From the NCBI GenBank assembly GCA_036676495.1, contig JAKFCT010000072.1, positions 1-23,094 of the forward strand: 23,094 nucleotides of DNA, written 5' to 3'. The notes under the pieces are model-generated. The model was not told the origin of the DNA and made no database searches. It worked only from the letters and a program-made list of their open reading frames with translations. The stretch comes from Candidatus Sericytochromatia bacterium. Lineage in GTDB: Bacteria; Cyanobacteriota; Sericytochromatia; S15B-MN24; UBA4093. Shown here one piece after another: positions 18,737 to 23,094 of the stretch; the stretch's first letter is position 1; the number at the start of each line of letters is the position of its first letter. A program made the position numbers and the translations under genes.

Positions 18737-18864
18737 GACGTCCGTATCTCCGATCTATATGGTCAAGAGCGCTCATCGTCGCCGTCGCTCGCCTCGGGGA
18801 GGCTCGGCGCGGCGGGGGGAGTGAGGCTCGAAGGAAGGGCGCGAATGCCTTGCCAGGAACCCTC

Positions 18865-18870
18865 ATTCTA
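18865..18870 (-). promoter_or_regulatory. possible -10 for fabF-rnc-rpe
   Basis: TAGAAT on the minus strand downstream of the acpP terminator; weak -35. Confidence 0.35.
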
Positions 18871-18932
18871 CCGCGGCATGGGGTGGGGCGCCAGCGGCGC
18901 TTCCGCTGGGGCGCGCGCGAAAAGGGGATAGC

Positions 18933-18960
18933 AAAACTGCCCGGGCCTTGGCCCGGGCAG
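18933..18960 (-). terminator. intrinsic terminator after acpP
   Basis: CTGCCCGGGCC-AA-GGCCCGGGCAG followed by TTTT on the minus strand, 10 nt after the stop. Confidence 0.85.
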
Positions 18961-18970
18961 CATGGAGGCC

Positions 18971-19216
18971 TTAGGCCGGCTGGTGCGACTTGATGTAGTC
19001 CAGCACCGCGCGGACGGTGGTGAGCTTCTCGGCATCCTCGTCCGGAATCTCCACCTCGAACTCCTCCTCGAGGGCCATGACCAGCTCGACGGTGTCGAGC
19101 GAGTCGGCGCCGAGGTCCTCGGTGAAGCTGGACTCGGTGGTGACTTCCTCGGCGTTCACGCCGAGCTGTTCGACGATGATCTTCTTGACCTTTTCAAAGA
19201 GTTCTTGCTCGGACAC
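18971..19216 (-). CDS. acpP: acyl carrier protein
   Basis: [20 protein letters not shown]; GTG start at 19216 after GGAGGA SD. Confidence 0.98.
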   Translation of the reverse strand: MSEQELFEKVKKIIVEQLGVNAEEVTTESSFTEDLGADSLDTVELVMALEEEFEVEIPDEDAEKLTTVRAVLDYIKSHQPA

Positions 19217-19249
19217 GTTTATTCCTCCATTGATTGCTAACAAGCGTGG

Positions 19250-19993
19250 TTACATATCCATGCCGCCGTCGACGTTGAAGACCTGCCCGGTGATGTAGGA
19301 TCCCTCCGAGGCGAGGTAGACGACGAGCGACGCGACTTCTTCCGGCTCACCGAAACGGCCGAGCGGGAGTTTCTTGAGGTAGTCGGCCTGGGTGCCATCG
19401 GGCAACTGAGCCGTCATCTCGGACTTGATGAACCCGGGAGCCACGGCGTTGACCAGGACGTTGCGCGAACCCAGCTCCTTGGCCATCGACTTGGTGAACC
19501 CGAGGATGCCCGCCTTCGAGGCGGCGTAGTTGGCTTGACCGGCATTGCCCATCAGGCCGACCACCGAGGAGATGTTGATGATCCTTCCCGAGCGCTGCTT
19601 CATCATCGGCTTGGCAACCGCTTTCGAAACCAGGAACACGCTCTTGAGGTTGGTATCGATGACCCGATCCCAGTCCTCCTCGGTCATCCGCAGGAGCAGC
19701 CCATCACGGGTGATCCCGGCGTTGTTGACGACGATGTCGATCCGCCCGCCCCACTCCATGAGCTGAGCCAGAAGCTGATCGACGGCCTCGGCCTGCGACA
19801 CGTCGCCCTTGAGGGCGATCGCCTCGCCACCGGCCGAACGGATGGCTTCCACCACCTCGTCGGCGGCCGACTGATTGGAGACGTAATTGACCGCGACCTT
19901 GGCCCCCGCCTTGGCGAGCGCCTCGGAAATCGCACGGCCGATGCCCCGGGACCCGCCCGTGACCAATGCTACTTTACCGTCTAAGTGTTTCAT
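19250..19993 (-). CDS. fabG: 3-oxoacyl-ACP reductase
   Basis: [31 protein letters not shown]. Confidence 0.98.
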   Translation of the reverse strand: MKHLDGKVALVTGGSRGIGRAISEALAKAGAKVAVNYVSNQSAADEVVEAIRSAGGEAIALKGDVSQAEAVDQLLAQLMEWGGRIDIVVNNAGITRDGLLLRMTEEDWDRVIDTNLKSVFLVSKAVAKPMMKQRSGRIINISSVVGLMGNAGQANYAASKAGILGFTKSMAKELGSRNVLVNAVAPGFIKSEMTAQLPDGTQADYLKKLPLGRFGEPEEVASLVVYLASEGSYITGQVFNVDGGMDM

Positions 19994-20006
19994 CTGACAA
20001 CTGCCT

Positions 20007-20034
20007 GCTTTAAATTGCTTTAACGGGGCTTTAA
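20007..20034. repeat. three direct repeats GCTTTAA (TTAAAGC on the coding strand), candidate operator
   Basis: Exact copies at 20007, 20017 and 20028 in the 49-nt fabD-fabG gap. Confidence 0.7.
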
Positions 20035-20042
20035 TCGTTGCG

Positions 20043-20978
20043 TTAGCTGTTGCTGGGGACTGCTGCGAAGCCTTCGAGGGTCTTCGTCAGGCTATCCGGA
20101 TCCTCCACGTTGAAGGTCGGAATCTTGCGATCGAGTTTCTTGACCAGGCCCGAGAGCACGCGCCCGGCGCCCAGCTCCACGAAGCCCTCGGCGCCATGAT
20201 CGAGTGCCCAGCGCATCGCGTCGGTCCACCGCACGGGGCTGGCCAGCTGGGCCGAAAGCTTGGCGGCGAACGCGTCGGCCTCCTGGGTGGGCTGTGCGTC
20301 GACGTTGGTCAGGACCGGGACGTCGCCGCGCGACCAGGGAGCGCGGTTGAGGGCCTCCGTGAGATCCGCCGAGGCCACTTCCATGAGCGGAGAGTGGAAC
20401 GCGCCGGCGACCGCCAGCGGCACCACGCGCTTGGCGCCGGCCTCGCTCGCCTTGGATGAGGCGTAGGCGACCCCTTCGGGGGTTCCGGAGATCACCAGCT
20501 GATCGGGAGAGTTGTAGTTGGCGATGACCACGGTCTCCGAGGATTCGCGGCAGATGCTCTCGAGCACGGCGGCGTCGAGCCCGAGGATCGCGGCCATGGT
20601 GCCCTTCTCGGCTTTGGCCATGAGCTGGCCGCGCAACTGCACGATCTTCAGCGCGGCCGCGAAGTCCAGCGCACCGGAGGCGGCCAGGGCGGAGTACTCG
20701 CCGAGGGAATGACCGGCCATCCAGGTCGCGGCCGGTCCGCCCGCTTCGCGGTAGACCCGGTACGCCGCCATCGAGGTCACGAACAGCGCCACCTGGGCGT
20801 TATCCGTCGAGCGCAGCGCCTCCTCGGGGCCTTCCCATGCCAGCGTCCGCAGAGGCATCCCGGTGATCCGCTCGGCCTCCTCGAAGGTCTGCATCGCGAT
20901 CGGGAAGGCTTCGGCGAGGGCCTGGCCCATGCCGACGGTCTGGGACCCCTGGCCGGGGAAAAGCATGACGAGTTTCAT
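20043..20978 (-). CDS. fabD: malonyl-CoA:ACP transacylase
   Basis: FPGQGSQ, GHSLGEY, GAFHS, ELGAG.VL. Confidence 0.98.
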   Translation of the reverse strand: MKLVMLFPGQGSQTVGMGQALAEAFPIAMQTFEEAERITGMPLRTLAWEGPEEALRSTDNAQVALFVTSMAAYRVYREAGGPAATWMAGHSLGEYSALAASGALDFAAALKIVQLRGQLMAKAEKGTMAAILGLDAAVLESICRESSETVVIANYNSPDQLVISGTPEGVAYASSKASEAGAKRVVPLAVAGAFHSPLMEVASADLTEALNRAPWSRGDVPVLTNVDAQPTQEADAFAAKLSAQLASPVRWTDAMRWALDHGAEGFVELGAGRVLSGLVKKLDRKIPTFNVEDPDSLTKTLEGFAAVPSNS

Positions 20979-22004
20979 CTAGTCCTCCTGCGAGTAGGGG
21001 CCTGCGGTCCAGCGCACGACGCTGGCCGCCCAGGTCAGCCCCGAGCCGAATCCGACCATGCAAACCGTGTCTCCGGCCTTGATGCGGCCGGAGTGCGCGG
21101 CCTCGGCCAGGGCGATGGGCACGGTGCCCGCCGACGTATTGGCCCGCTTGTCGATGTTGACGACCATCTTTTCCATCGGGAGGCTCATGCGCTTGGCGAC
21201 CGCTTCGATGATCCGGGCGTTGGCCTGGTGCAGCACGAAGTGATCGATCTGGCTGAGGTCCAGGCCCGCCCGGCGAACGGCTTCCTCGATCGAGGGAGGC
21301 ACCTTCTCGATGGCGAATTTGTAGACTTCCTTGCCCTTCATGGTGACGTGATGGCCGCCCGACTCGGCGCGCTCGCCCGAAGGGGGCACGCGGGAGCCGA
21401 TCGGAATGGTGATCAGATCGGAGCGCGAGCCGTCTGCGCCCATGAGGTTGGAAAGCACGGCGTTCTGGCCGCCGGCGCGCAGGATGACGGCGCCGGCGCC
21501 GTCTCCGAAGAGCATGCCGGTTCCGCGATCGCTGAAGTTGGTGAACTTGGAGAGCAGGTCTCCGCCGATGACCATGGCGGTGCGGTACATGCCGGTCATG
21601 AGGAACTGCTGGGCAACGATGAAGGCCTGGACGAAGCCGGTGCAGGCCGCTTCCATGTCGAAGACCGCGGCGCGGGGGGCTCCGACGGCATGCTGCACCA
21701 GCGCCGACGTGGCGGGCATGAGCATGTCCGGCGTGGAGGTGCCGACGATGATCAGGTCGATCTCCGAGGCGGGGATCCCGGCGTGGGCAATGGCTTGCTT
21801 GGCCGCGGGGATGGCGAGATCCGACAGGGCCTGATCGTCGCGCGCGATGTGACGCTGACGGATGCCCGTCCTTTCGACGATCCACTCATCGGAGGTGTCC
21901 ATGTACGACAGGAGGTCGTCGTTGGTCATCACCTTTTCGGGAACATACGAGCCGCAGCCGAGAATCTCGACGGGCTGAAGGGTTTGAACCATCATATTAC
22001 TCAT
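20979..22004 (-). CDS. fabH: beta-ketoacyl-ACP synthase III
   Basis: DTSDEWIVERTGI, AACTGF, FGDGAGA, HQAN, NTSA, GFGSGLTW; start may be a later ATG (21995/21992). Confidence 0.97.
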   Translation of the reverse strand: MSNMMVQTLQPVEILGCGSYVPEKVMTNDDLLSYMDTSDEWIVERTGIRQRHIARDDQALSDLAIPAAKQAIAHAGIPASEIDLIIVGTSTPDMLMPATSALVQHAVGAPRAAVFDMEAACTGFVQAFIVAQQFLMTGMYRTAMVIGGDLLSKFTNFSDRGTGMLFGDGAGAVILRAGGQNAVLSNLMGADGSRSDLITIPIGSRVPPSGERAESGGHHVTMKGKEVYKFAIEKVPPSIEEAVRRAGLDLSQIDHFVLHQANARIIEAVAKRMSLPMEKMVVNIDKRANTSAGTVPIALAEAAHSGRIKAGDTVCMVGFGSGLTWAASVVRWTAGPYSQED

Positions 22005-22034
22005 CCAACCGGGAAGCCCCGGGTTGCTTTCTAG

Positions 22035-23054
22035 CTAGGTGGAAGGCGATGCTTCCGCGGGGGTCAGGTGTTCGGCAATCACGGCCACCGAGCCGCCGAG
22101 GACCGCCTCCTTGGCCACGCGAATGGCATTGGCGACGGCGTAGGCGCGACTCGATCCGTGTCCGATGATACAGACCCCATTCACTCCGAGCAAGAGCGCG
22201 CCGCCGTATTCGGCAGGATCCACGCGGCGCTTGAAGGTCCGGAGGGCTTGACGCATGAGCAGCGCGCCGAGCTTGGCTTTCAGGCCTCCGCTCATGACTG
22301 CTTCGCGCAAGAGCGTCTCGAAGAGTTCGGCGAAGCCCTCGGCGCTCTTGAGCACGACGTTGCCGACGAAGCCGTCGGTGACCACGACGTCCGCCATGCC
22401 GCGGGTCATGTCGCGGCCTTCGACGTTGCCGACGAAGCCCAGGTTCGGGGTTTCGGACAAGAGGGTGTAGGTGGCCTGGGCCAGCTCGTTGCCTTTGCCG
22501 GGCTCCTCACCGATGTTGAGGAGGCCGACGCGCGGCTTGGCGACCTTGAGGACCTGCTGGGCGTAGACCTGGCCCATGATGGCGAATTGTTGGAGGTAAA
22601 GGGGTTTGCAATCGGCATTGGCGCCGACGTCGATGAGCAGGCAAGGTCCCTTGAGGGTGGGGATCACGACGCCGATGGCGGGGCGCTCGATGCCCTTGAT
22701 CCGGCCGAGCCCGAGGAGGGCGGCGGACATGGCGGCGCCGGTGGAGCCCAGGGCGACGACCGCTTGGGCCTCTCCGCGCTTGACCAGGCTCATAGCCACG
22801 TTGATGCTGGCGTCCTTCTTCTTGCGGACGGCCGTGGCGGCTTCGTCCATGCCGATGACTTCCGAGGCATGGACGATCTCCAGGGAGATCCCCGCCGGGG
22901 CGTGCTGGGCGAGTTCGGCGCGCAGGCGCGGCTCGTCTCCCACCAGGATGAGGGAGAGCGAGGGGTCGCGCTTCAAAGCAGAAAGCGCCCCTTTGACGAG
23001 CTCAGAGGGGGCGTAGTCACCCCCCATGGCGTCGATCGCGATGCGGGCAGACAT
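22035..23054 (-). CDS. plsX: phosphate acyltransferase PlsX
   Basis: IAIDAMGGDYAP, IERPAI, DVGAN, LLNIGEEPGKG, DGFVGNVVLK, GGALLLG, HGSS; ATG 23054 or TTG 23063. Confidence 0.98.
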   Translation of the reverse strand: MSARIAIDAMGGDYAPSELVKGALSALKRDPSLSLILVGDEPRLRAELAQHAPAGISLEIVHASEVIGMDEAATAVRKKKDASINVAMSLVKRGEAQAVVALGSTGAAMSAALLGLGRIKGIERPAIGVVIPTLKGPCLLIDVGANADCKPLYLQQFAIMGQVYAQQVLKVAKPRVGLLNIGEEPGKGNELAQATYTLLSETPNLGFVGNVEGRDMTRGMADVVVTDGFVGNVVLKSAEGFAELFETLLREAVMSGGLKAKLGALLMRQALRTFKRRVDPAEYGGALLLGVNGVCIIGHGSSRAYAVANAIRVAKEAVLGGSVAVIAEHLTPAEASPST

Positions 23055-23081
23055 GCTCGTCAAAAGGGCGCTAGCGGATGC

Positions 23082-23094
23082 TTACTCAGCGACC
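23082..23094 (-). CDS. 3' end of an upstream gene (...VAE*), possibly ribosomal protein L32
   Basis: GTC GCT GAG TAA at the window edge; rpmF-plsX synteny is common, but only a few codons are visible. Confidence 0.25.

Overview
High-GC bacterial chromosomal window, mostly housekeeping. The + strand carries rpsU-phoH-7TM/HD (PgpH-like)-ybeY-dgkA, then corC/tlyC-like-pyrG-cdd-era-recO, a glycogen-debranching-enzyme-like (GDE) protein and an AI-2E transporter. An orphan cytoplasmic histidine kinase with an RsbU N-terminal-like input domain sits antisense between dgkA and corC. The - strand carries plsX-fabH-fabD-fabG-acpP-fabF-rnc-rpe. Between these convergent blocks, bounded by two bidirectional terminators, is an accessory module: two lipoproteins (PHP/CehA-McbA-like metallohydrolase, C39-like peptidase) and a divergent 59-aa small protein with its own promoter, three-way-junction leader and terminator. 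Gene order is Firmicutes-like while Era, PyrG and ACP look cyanobacteria-like, suggesting a non-photosynthetic Cyanobacteriota relative such as Sericytochromatia (inference only). Best leads: the RsbU_N-kinase fusion, the structured leader plus small protein, a GDE with altered catalytic motifs, a triple direct repeat upstream of fabG, Pho-box-like repeats, a structured phoH leader, and a CGTC-type REP doublet next to an apparently leaderless recO. All family calls are from recalled motifs; no searches were run.
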